Shown here in pieces: positions 47,297-55,124 of a stretch of DNA of 64,000 bases; within the stretch, counting starts at the first letter, position 1; every line of letters begins with the position of its first letter. The translations under genes and the position numbers were made by a program. Below the pieces are notes generated by a model. The model was not told where the DNA came from, made no database searches, and saw only the letters and a list, made by a program, of their open reading frames with translations. This DNA comes from an archaeon. GTDB lineage: Archaea > Nanobdellota > Nanobdellia > Woesearchaeales > GW2011-AR9. The DNA is taken from NCBI GenBank assembly GCA_043812455.1, contig JBDRMB010000039.1:12736-76735 (forward strand), read 5' to 3'.

Positions 47297-48946
47297 TTAC
47301 CATCTACCGCCAATGTTAATTCCGCTACCAACGACAGGGTTCCATTTGTTTCCGCCGTCAGGTGTTCCTGAAGTAGCACCCATGTCTCCATAGATTCCTA
47401 CTCTGAAATTATCATTTCCTACGTAAAGTCCAGCTCTACCCAAAAATAGGAATGCATCATTTGTTACAGCATCTAAAGCTTGAGTACTTTCATTTGGTTC
47501 GCCAGTTCTTACACTGTTTTCACCAATTACATCACCGTTAGGAGTTGTTTGCCATTCTTCTCTTGTAACTTGTTCAGTTGTAGTTTCTTCACCTTCAACT
47601 TTACCAAAGTTCAAGTAATGAGCTTGGCCACCAAAGTGAACTCCAAAAGCACTACCATCACTACCACGAACAAAAGGTACATTTACTCCTAAGCCAACAG
47701 TTAATTGACCGCCAACAACTTCGCTTGTTCTTGCATAATCTTCAACAGTAACAGAATCAACAGTTACAGTTCTATGATTGTACCGGCCACTTTCTGCCCC
47801 AGTTACAGGATCTACATCCTTTTCAAAAGTTTCTTCAACAACTTCGCTTGAAGTTTGTGGTTCACCAGAAGGCATTTCATAACCGTTAAATGCAAGACCG
47901 CCACCTAGAACAAATTCTAAGGTTGCTCCTCTTGCATCAAGTCCCACATGTGGATTGAATAATAATGAAGCTAAATGAGTTGCTCCGTAATTACTTAGAG
48001 TAAAATCTTTGTTCATTGTCCATAAAGCATCATATTGAACTTTAACACCAACAGCGTTAAAGTCTTTTGCAGTTTTTGGTGGAACAGTAGGAGGAATTAC
48101 AACAACAGGTTCTTCTCCCTTTTCCATAGGAGTTCCGTCAAGACAGTAAGTTCTAACTTCTCTACCATCAACTTCAACGTTTTCACATCCCCGATTTGGC
48201 ACATATGTGCCTCTGTCTAAATTAAAAGCATCAATTTCTTCTTCAGTTACACAAACATTTCCTGAGTCATAACAAGCAGGATCTTCTTGAACAGGTTCTA
48301 CAACAGGTTCAACTACTGGTTCTACAACAGGTTCAATAACAGGTTCTACAACAGGTTCAGCAGCAGCAACGCCAGATTTATCTGTACACATAACATCATT
48401 AGCGTCATGTTGACACAAGTTTGAAAGTGCGGGTCTTGAATAACCTTCAGCCATTCTAACTGTTACTCCGTCAACTGTAAGTTCTTCGGTATCTAAACAA
48501 GTATAATCTGCAGAATCTTGGCTATAACCTTGATTAATTCTTGCCGCAATTTCATCTAAAAACTTTTGACTATCTGGGTTACCACAATAGGTTGGGGTAA
48601 ATTTTTGTTTTGGAGCTACTGTTTCTTCTGCGCCATTATTTGCTTGAACAACAGCAGAATCATCAACACATAAATTATTTTGAACATAATTACGACATTC
48701 TTTACGAACATTTGTAGTTAATTGTTTTAATGAAGTTATATTATTATATTCACTACAATCAAGAGTTTGTGTAGGTTCAGTGCTTTCTTCAGTTGTATTT
48801 TGAGTTGTATCTTTTGATGGTATTACTCCAGCATAAGCAACACCTGCAGCACCTAAGGCTGCTATTGCTGTTAAGGTAGTTAGACCTAATCTTGCACTAG
48901 ACAAGAATTCTCTTGATTTGTTCAATGTGTTTTCAAGTAATGACAT
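47297..48946 (-). CDS. Secreted protein: Cys-containing domain shared with ORF 60741..61907, (V/I)EPV repeat linker, C-terminal Gly/aromatic beta-rich domain ending in Trp
   Basis: N-terminal anchor/signal LTTLTAIAALGAAGVAYAG. CGNPDSQKFLDEIAARINQGYS..DGVTVRMAEGYSRPA. VVEPVIEPVVEPVVEPVVEPV is encoded by a 12-nt tandem at about 48291..48360. C-terminus FRVGIYGDMG...VVGSGINIGGRW. Confidence 0.75.
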   Translation of the reverse strand: MSLLENTLNKSREFLSSARLGLTTLTAIAALGAAGVAYAGVIPSKDTTQNTTEESTEPTQTLDCSEYNNITSLKQLTTNVRKECRNYVQNNLCVDDSAVVQANNGAEETVAPKQKFTPTYCGNPDSQKFLDEIAARINQGYSQDSADYTCLDTEELTVDGVTVRMAEGYSRPALSNLCQHDANDVMCTDKSGVAAAEPVVEPVIEPVVEPVVEPVVEPVQEDPACYDSGNVCVTEEEIDAFNLDRGTYVPNRGCENVEVDGREVRTYCLDGTPMEKGEEPVVVIPPTVPPKTAKDFNAVGVKVQYDALWTMNKDFTLSNYGATHLASLLFNPHVGLDARGATLEFVLGGGLAFNGYEMPSGEPQTSSEVVEETFEKDVDPVTGAESGRYNHRTVTVDSVTVEDYARTSEVVGGQLTVGLGVNVPFVRGSDGSAFGVHFGGQAHYLNFGKVEGEETTTEQVTREEWQTTPNGDVIGENSVRTGEPNESTQALDAVTNDAFLFLGRAGLYVGNDNFRVGIYGDMGATSGTPDGGNKWNPVVGSGINIGGRW

Positions 48947-48986
48947 TTTTTATCCCCCACAGATATTTATTGTATTTAATTAGTAA

Positions 48987-50201
48987 TTATTTACAGGAAC
49001 TATCATCTGGACCCCATCCCTCGCTAAAGTTCACAAAACCTAAATCAACAAGATATTCTTTTTGTTGAGCGTTAGGTTCTCCGTCAAAGAAAGTTCCAAC
49101 TACATCTTCAACAGGACCAAACTCACAAGTATAATCATTCAAAGCAGCCCGTAATTCGTCTGTACTTCCAGCTGTATTAGCAAGACCTAAGTAAGCATTT
49201 TTTATTTCAGCAGAATCATCTGAGTTAGCAATAATATTTTCATAACCTTTTCTTTCCAATTCTAATGTAGGTTCTAATGCGGACACATTATATTCAACTG
49301 GTGAATTTTCAAGACCATCGTCACTTAAAGCATTGTAACCAACAGCTACTAATCCAGCCAATCCTGCACCAACAAGTGCACCGATAAGTCCAGAATTTGT
49401 ACGAACCCTTCTTTTGGAATCTTGAATCATTTTCACATAATAATTAGTTCCATCAAGTTCTTTACCTTTAACATCATCATAAGAATTAAGTAAAACGAAA
49501 TTTGCAAACATATTCTTTCTACGTCTTGTTTCTTCTTCAATTTCTTCATCAGGAACTTTATCTGCTTTATCTGTAGTAGAATTATCATATTGGTTTTTCA
49601 AATTTTCCCATTGGTTTTTCAACCTTAACGCTTCTTTCATGAATTCATTTCCAGCTTTTTTATCTGCTTCACCAAAGATCAGACCAAAAACACCATTTTT
49701 AAGCATCTTATTAGTTATATCACCATTAGTTTCTTGATCATCTAAATTTTCAATTGTAAATTGAACTAAATCTAAAAGATATTCTTCATTTGTATCATAT
49801 TGTTTCATTCTTAAAAGATTGTTTACAGTCTCATTTGCAAAAAGACCTATTTCTTTAGAATCATAAGTAAACCCGTAGTCTTCAAACATATTTCTAAAGC
49901 AGTCAGCCAATTCTGTTGCTGGATTAATGTCTGTAACTTCTGGTTCTACAACATCTTCTGCAACATAATTTTTTTTTGATATATTTTTAGAAATTCGTGA
50001 AACTAAATCATTTACACCAAAAACTTTTTGCCCACCTCTTTCCTTAAAATGATTTTGCCTTGTACTATATATCAAACTTTCTCCATCTAACATTTCTACA
50101 ATCTGTTTCTCAAAATCTCCATTATTTACACCATCAGGTAAATTTAACCCATTTTCTAATAAAATCTTTACCCTTCGATCATTAAAATTGTAATCTGCCA
50201 T
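48987..50201 (-). CDS. Hypothetical bitopic membrane protein (about 270-aa cytoplasmic part, one TM, about 110-aa ectodomain)
   Basis: I use the ATG at 50201 (MADYNF), which has GAGGT upstream; a TTTATATA box sits at the track start 50267. The TM is LIGALVGAGLAGLVAVGY. No recognisable family. Confidence 0.6.
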   Translation of the reverse strand: MADYNFNDRRVKILLENGLNLPDGVNNGDFEKQIVEMLDGESLIYSTRQNHFKERGGQKVFGVNDLVSRISKNISKKNYVAEDVVEPEVTDINPATELADCFRNMFEDYGFTYDSKEIGLFANETVNNLLRMKQYDTNEEYLLDLVQFTIENLDDQETNGDITNKMLKNGVFGLIFGEADKKAGNEFMKEALRLKNQWENLKNQYDNSTTDKADKVPDEEIEEETRRRKNMFANFVLLNSYDDVKGKELDGTNYYVKMIQDSKRRVRTNSGLIGALVGAGLAGLVAVGYNALSDDGLENSPVEYNVSALEPTLELERKGYENIIANSDDSAEIKNAYLGLANTAGSTDELRAALNDYTCEFGPVEDVVGTFFDGEPNAQQKEYLVDLGFVNFSEGWGPDDSSCK

Positions 50202-50567
50202 TGTAATAAAACCTCGCTGCTTTTTTGATTGGATATATGTTAACACTACCCCAAAGTAGGCACTCATATATAAATCTTTTGGGTTAATTGTTAACTTAGA
50301 GTAGTAACACTTACTTGGAAAGGAAATGAGGGTTAAATCTTCCCAAACTAGTAATATTTAACTAATATTTTACCCACCCATTTGAAAGCCCAAATCCCCC
50401 ATATCGTTTATTTCGGGCGTTTTCAAGTTTAAGCACGTGATACTTTAAAATGATTTGGAGTGTCTATAAGACATATTCTAATGATATTTTTAGAATTGAA
50501 ATTCCAATCGGAATTAAATTGCAGAAGTTATTATGAAAGTAAGGTGCAATTTTTTGATGACAGATGG

Positions 50568-50600
50568 AGTGTATTTGTCATTACTACAAATCAATAAATA
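50568..50600 (+). promoter_or_regulatory. Promoter with ATTACTACA motif plus TATA-like box (weaker copy A); implies a leaderless mRNA for 50623
   Basis: ATTACTACA at 50580..50588, then AATAAATA at 50593..50600, 23 nt before the ATG at 50623. 20/33 positions match copy B. Confidence 0.45.
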
Positions 50601-50622
50601 ACTTTTATCTATTGAAATTAGC

Positions 50623-51060
50623 ATGGTAAACAAAAAATTAAAATTAGGATTAGTTGCTGCTGGCACTATAACTGTCTTAGCAGCAGGAGCTTATGGCGCA
50701 GTTAAAGGCGGACAAAAAGTTCTTGAAGTAGGTCAAGATATAGTTTATCAATCTGAACTTGAAAATGAAGTTGATAGTTTAAAAAAAGACATTAGCCAAC
50801 TTTATGAAAGTTCGGAAGCAAATCAAGAATACTTAACTAATCTTGATCAAAAGATAAGCAATTCTGAAGAAAATATGTTAGCTCGTGTTGATGGCATTGA
50901 GAGTGGAATGCAAAATGTACAATACAATGTTTCAAATATTGAAGAAGTTCTAACTACAGAAAATGTTAACCATTGTTTAGAGTTTGGAGAATTTGGTGCA
51001 GTTTGTTTAAGCAGTTCTTACATTGATGGAGATAACGTCATTGAAAGAAGAGTTGACTAA
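50623..51060 (+). CDS. Small bitopic membrane protein: N-terminal TM plus coiled coil plus C-terminal Cys pair
   Basis: LKLGLVAAGTITVLAAGAYGAV (TM), a heptad-like ELENEVDSLKKDISQLYES..LDQKISNSEENMLARVDGIESGMQNVQYNVSNIEEVL, then C..C (HCLEFGEFGAVC). Confidence 0.6.
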   Translation: MVNKKLKLGLVAAGTITVLAAGAYGAVKGGQKVLEVGQDIVYQSELENEVDSLKKDISQLYESSEANQEYLTNLDQKISNSEENMLARVDGIESGMQNVQYNVSNIEEVLTTENVNHCLEFGEFGAVCLSSSYIDGDNVIERRVD

Positions 51061-51194
51061 AATGAAACATTTCCATAAACAAATATTATTATTACCATCC
51101 AAAACAAGAACAGGAACAATGTTTGGTGTTTGTAAGAGAATTATGATCAGATCAACAACCTTTCTAGAAGATAACAGAAATATGGCAATTTAAG

Positions 51195-51227
51195 GTTGTT
51201 GTACTTATTACTACACTTGTTTAAATC
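51195..51227 (+). promoter_or_regulatory. Promoter motif copy B (GTTGTT-N6-ATTACTACACTT-N-TTTAAATC)
   Basis: 28/33 ungapped identity with copy C. The TATA-like TTTAAAT is at 51220..51226. It lies about 170 nt upstream of the ATG at 51396. Confidence 0.55.
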
Positions 51228-51395
51228 GTTAATGAGTGTTAATAATGATAAAAAGCTAGATTGAAGTTTTCATAGTTGCCAAAGATCAAGTAATGTGGTG
51301 AAATTCCTACCACTCCCGCAGTGGCAGCCCATTAACTTGGTCGGATAAATTTATTGAAAACTTCTTCTAGCAATTATAATTTGGAGGATTATAAA

Positions 51396-51875
51396 ATGGA
51401 ATTAGTTAAAAATTTAGGCTTGATGGGTGTAGGTGTTGTTATAGGATTAGGAGCGGGATATTTTTTATTCAACGAAAATGTACCAGAAGCAGAAATTGAA
51501 ATCGTCGAACCTAATTTACTCAATTGTAGAGATGTTTACAATGAAAATTTAGCACAACTTGAAGATAAGTATAACCATATTCCTTCTGGAAGCTCCGCAA
51601 CACCAAATGATATTGGTATTGATTACATTATATCAGAAGAAGCTAATTTTAGGGGATTAGTAGTTACAGACAAAGAAACTGGAGAACAGTTGGCAATATC
51701 GTGTAAAAATTCTTTTGGTAATAGAGAAATTGGTCTTGGAAGATATAAAGAAATTACTTTCCTCTTAGGTTCTGCTTATGATGGTAGTTCCATCAAGCCG
51801 GGGCTGGTTGATTATCAATGTTTACAGGATAGTTCTAAATTGGAAGATGTAGTTGATAATGGAAAGAAAAATTAA
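51396..51875 (+). CDS. Small bitopic membrane protein with a Cys-containing ectodomain
   Basis: I prefer ATG at 51396 (GGAGG 8 nt upstream) over the track's TTG at 51354. The TM is LGLMGVGVVIGLGAGYFLF. Three Cys residues (NCRD, SCKN, QCLQ). Confidence 0.6.
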   Translation: MELVKNLGLMGVGVVIGLGAGYFLFNENVPEAEIEIVEPNLLNCRDVYNENLAQLEDKYNHIPSGSSATPNDIGIDYIISEEANFRGLVVTDKETGEQLAISCKNSFGNREIGLGRYKEITFLLGSAYDGSSIKPGLVDYQCLQDSSKLEDVVDNGKKN

Positions 51876-51909
51876 TTATTTCTCCAGTATTTAATTTTTA
51901 TCCTTTTCT

Positions 51910-51942
51910 GTTGTTACACTGATTACTACACTTCTTTATATC
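51910..51942 (+). promoter_or_regulatory. Promoter motif copy C (GTTGTT-N6-ATTACTACACTT-N-TTTATATC)
   Basis: 28/33 identity with copy B at identical internal spacing. The TATA-like TTTATAT is at 51935..51941, about 66 nt before the ATG at 52008, which has a GGAGG SD. Confidence 0.55.
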
Positions 51943-52007
51943 TTTTTTACCACATTAAGAATATGGAATTTCAAAATTAAACGAATATTAACGGAGGAAA
52001 AATACAA

Positions 52008-53450
52008 ATGGTACAACCAAAATATAATCCAAAAATTGACCCTAACATTTTTGATGAGGGATTTGATAACGACTATGGTTTAGATGACAAATTACTTGAC
52101 GATAATCTGAATAAACCATTAGAAGAATATGATTTAGGAAATAAAAAGAGTTCTGCTCAAGGAGAAAGTTTAGAAGGAAATTCATCTTCAAGTCGAGAAC
52201 CAAGACAAGATTACATGGCTATGAGTAGAGGGGAAAGTATTGATAATGTTATTGAGGAACAAGATATTGACAATGACGCTGAACGAAGAGCTGGAAGAAA
52301 AGCAGCGCAAGAAGAAGCTATGATGTATGGTAGTTTAGAAGAAAGTGGTGATGATAACAATTACGGTTCAACAAAAGAAAGGATTAGTGATCTGAAAAAA
52401 AGTGCATATGCACATTTAACTTCAGTTGACACTTCAAACATGACCCACAAACAAAGGGATAGGAATTTGAAATGGGTTGAGTTCAAAAACAGTTTATTTG
52501 AAACCGTTAGTAAAATTGCTGGATATGATGTTGTTGATTCAAAAATAGGTAAAGAAATTGAACACATAAACGAAAAAGTATCTAACTTAGAAAATAAAAT
52601 GTATCAACGAGAGATGAGGTTATATGGAAGAGCATTATCAAAAGGAAACAATAACATTTTATTTGGAGAACACACTGAGCAAGATAAAAATTTAGAAAGA
52701 CTAAAACAGAAACCACAATTCTCTGGACTGAAAGATTATGAACTTAAAAAAGTTGGAGGAAGTTATGTATCTAAAGGTCTTAAAAAAGAATTGTTTGAAG
52801 TTAAAAAACAAAAGAGATTTGTAATTAAAAATATTCTTAAGTTAAGACAAATGATTAATGAAGGACATACAAATATAGCTGATTATAAATCTAAAATGAG
52901 GCATATTGCTGGAGATACTAGATCTCTTTTAGATGATGGACTTAGCCAGGAACTGGATGAATACAGTGCTCTAAGTAGTAAAGCTGAAGAAGATCTGCAC
53001 ATGGCAAATTCAATGTATAATCAAGAGAAAGTACGGCTTAAAAGTTTGAAAGTTAGAGAAAAAAGTATTGAGGATAATGTTTATGGTTTAGAAATTGAAA
53101 TTATGGACATGAGAGAAATGGTTAATGCTGGTAGAATAATCTACGAGAATCTAAAGATCAATGCTGAATACGGAAATTTAGATAGTACATTAAAAATTTT
53201 AGAAGACACTAGCGATCTTAAATCAACAATTGAAAAGCTTGCCGTTCTTGATGCTGACATGAAAAATGAGGTAAGATCAATCAGAAATGATATGTACCAA
53301 AATAACAATAATAACGGAATTGGTCTTTCTCTTGATGTAATTAATCATTCTTCAGCCCAAAATAGACAATCTTTGGAAGAACGAAAATTAAGAGAACAAG
53401 AGCAGATTGATGGAGAAGTTGCTGAATTTCTTGAAGACCTAATTAATTAG
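52008..53450 (+). CDS. Hypothetical cytoplasmic coiled-coil protein (480 aa): acidic disordered N-terminus, amphipathic acidic C-terminus
   Basis: No TM. The N-terminal 130 aa are D/E/N/S-rich. Long helical heptad-like stretches run from about residue 180. The C-terminus is QIDGEVAEFLEDLIN. Confidence 0.65.
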   Translation: MVQPKYNPKIDPNIFDEGFDNDYGLDDKLLDDNLNKPLEEYDLGNKKSSAQGESLEGNSSSSREPRQDYMAMSRGESIDNVIEEQDIDNDAERRAGRKAAQEEAMMYGSLEESGDDNNYGSTKERISDLKKSAYAHLTSVDTSNMTHKQRDRNLKWVEFKNSLFETVSKIAGYDVVDSKIGKEIEHINEKVSNLENKMYQREMRLYGRALSKGNNNILFGEHTEQDKNLERLKQKPQFSGLKDYELKKVGGSYVSKGLKKELFEVKKQKRFVIKNILKLRQMINEGHTNIADYKSKMRHIAGDTRSLLDDGLSQELDEYSALSSKAEEDLHMANSMYNQEKVRLKSLKVREKSIEDNVYGLEIEIMDMREMVNAGRIIYENLKINAEYGNLDSTLKILEDTSDLKSTIEKLAVLDADMKNEVRSIRNDMYQNNNNNGIGLSLDVINHSSAQNRQSLEERKLREQEQIDGEVAEFLEDLIN

Positions 53451-53472
53451 GTCTTATTTTTCTTTTTTAAAA

Positions 53473-55065
53473 ATGGTGCTAGAAAAAATCATTGTAGAAG
53501 AAGACATTGTAAAAAATTATTATTCCAATAAAATTAACTATGAAACGCTATTGAGATATTTAGATAGTACGATTGAGGTCAACTTACCTAAAAGTAATCT
53601 TGGAGATTTGGTAGAAAAGTACAACATACTATTTCTTGGCACTTCACATCTTATAGAAACTGAACTAAAAAACTATGAAGAAAGTAAAACAATTAGCAAC
53701 AACATAAAATTATTATACACTACGTTAATTGCATCACAAGTAGTTTTGAAAGAAATTGAAGATTCTGTTGGTAATGCTGGAAATAATGTTATGATAAGAT
53801 CACAGCAAGAATACCAAGAGATTGATATCAGTTTAAGTAGAAATAATGAAGAAATGAATAAAGCATTTCTAAAAGGCATGGTTGATTCATTAATAAATTC
53901 CAAACCTGCCGGATTAAGAATTATTAAAAATTACTTGAATCAATATTCAAAAAAGGCAAGTAATGTAATTAATAATAATTTAAACAAAGACCAAGCAGAA
54001 ATATTAAAAGAAATTTCTTGGAAGTATAATTTTCACACAATTAGTGGAAACTTCAAAAGTAAAGAGGAATTAAATAAACGGAATGATCAAAAAAAAGGAA
54101 TTCAAAATTCTGACCCATTACTTAAAGGTCTTAAAGATTATATTTTAGAAGAACCGGTTTCAAGACAAGATATAGTAGGAAACGAGGATATTATTGATTT
54201 GATTGAAACGGAAGTTGCTTGTTTAATGCATTATGACCCTGTTGATAAAAGTAACTTATATCAAGGATTTAATCAATTTGTCATGCTTGCTGGTCGTCGT
54301 GGTACTGGTAAAACAATGATGGCAATGTATGGCTTGACCATTGGAAAATCACTTTCTGACAAATATAACAAAGATTTATCAATAATTGAACTTGATTTTG
54401 AGGACAGATGGCAATGTGGACCTGAATTAAACATTAGAGCGCAGTTAGAAGAAGTTAGTAAAAGTAACAAACCTTACATCGTATTTATTGATGAAATTGA
54501 TACTAAAATACCTACACGTACAGAATCAGGAAAAGATTCACAAAAAGCAGTAATTGGAGAAATTTTGAAATTTAGAGGTGGTGTTTACCTTAATAAAAAT
54601 AACTATTTAGTTTTAGCTACAACAAACAGACCAAATGATGTAGATATAGCTTTAAGAAATAAATTTGAGATCCTAGAAGTTCCTGGTCCTAAAAATGGGA
54701 AAGAAAGAACTGAAATTCTTTACAAACGTATGCAAAAAGGAATTGAAAGGGGCTATGTTCAGATTAATGATTGGTCTAATATCAAAAATATTCTTGAGAA
54801 ATACCTATTTACGGGAAGAGATTTAGTTAATATTTCTTCCCGAGCAGAAAGGAAGTTTAGAAAAAGCGCTAAGAGATTCAGATGCGACCATACAACTACG
54901 GAAGGTAAACAAGTTGTTCAACAGATTATTCAAAGTTCTGATTATGATTATATTACTACTGACAAAGATCTTATATCCTCAATAATGTATGAAGTACAAA
55001 AGGAAAAAATTGAACAAACTGATTTTTTGAAACAAGACAGGTACATTCGAAATGTCACTAATTAG
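53473..55065 (+). CDS. Classical-clade AAA ATPase with an about 270-aa helical N-terminal domain (Vps4/meiotic-clade-like SRH)
   Basis: DIVGNEDIIDLIETEV, Walker A GRRGTGKT, Walker B PYIVFIDEIDT, and LVLATTNRPNDVDIALRNKFEILEVPGP. Confidence 0.8.
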   Translation: MVLEKIIVEEDIVKNYYSNKINYETLLRYLDSTIEVNLPKSNLGDLVEKYNILFLGTSHLIETELKNYEESKTISNNIKLLYTTLIASQVVLKEIEDSVGNAGNNVMIRSQQEYQEIDISLSRNNEEMNKAFLKGMVDSLINSKPAGLRIIKNYLNQYSKKASNVINNNLNKDQAEILKEISWKYNFHTISGNFKSKEELNKRNDQKKGIQNSDPLLKGLKDYILEEPVSRQDIVGNEDIIDLIETEVACLMHYDPVDKSNLYQGFNQFVMLAGRRGTGKTMMAMYGLTIGKSLSDKYNKDLSIIELDFEDRWQCGPELNIRAQLEEVSKSNKPYIVFIDEIDTKIPTRTESGKDSQKAVIGEILKFRGGVYLNKNNYLVLATTNRPNDVDIALRNKFEILEVPGPKNGKERTEILYKRMQKGIERGYVQINDWSNIKNILEKYLFTGRDLVNISSRAERKFRKSAKRFRCDHTTTEGKQVVQQIIQSSDYDYITTDKDLISSIMYEVQKEKIEQTDFLKQDRYIRNVTN

Positions 55066-55124
55066 TGCTGTAAAAAAGGAAAAGGAAAAACTATTGAAAG
55101 AACTCTATGGGCGGGTGAGATAAA

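Noticed and set aside
51062-51193. 43-codon ORF (MKHFHKQILLLPSKTRTGTMFGVCKRIMIRSTTFLEDNRNMAI) directly after gene 50623..51060
   Set aside because: It is too short and featureless to support as a gene without conservation or expression data.
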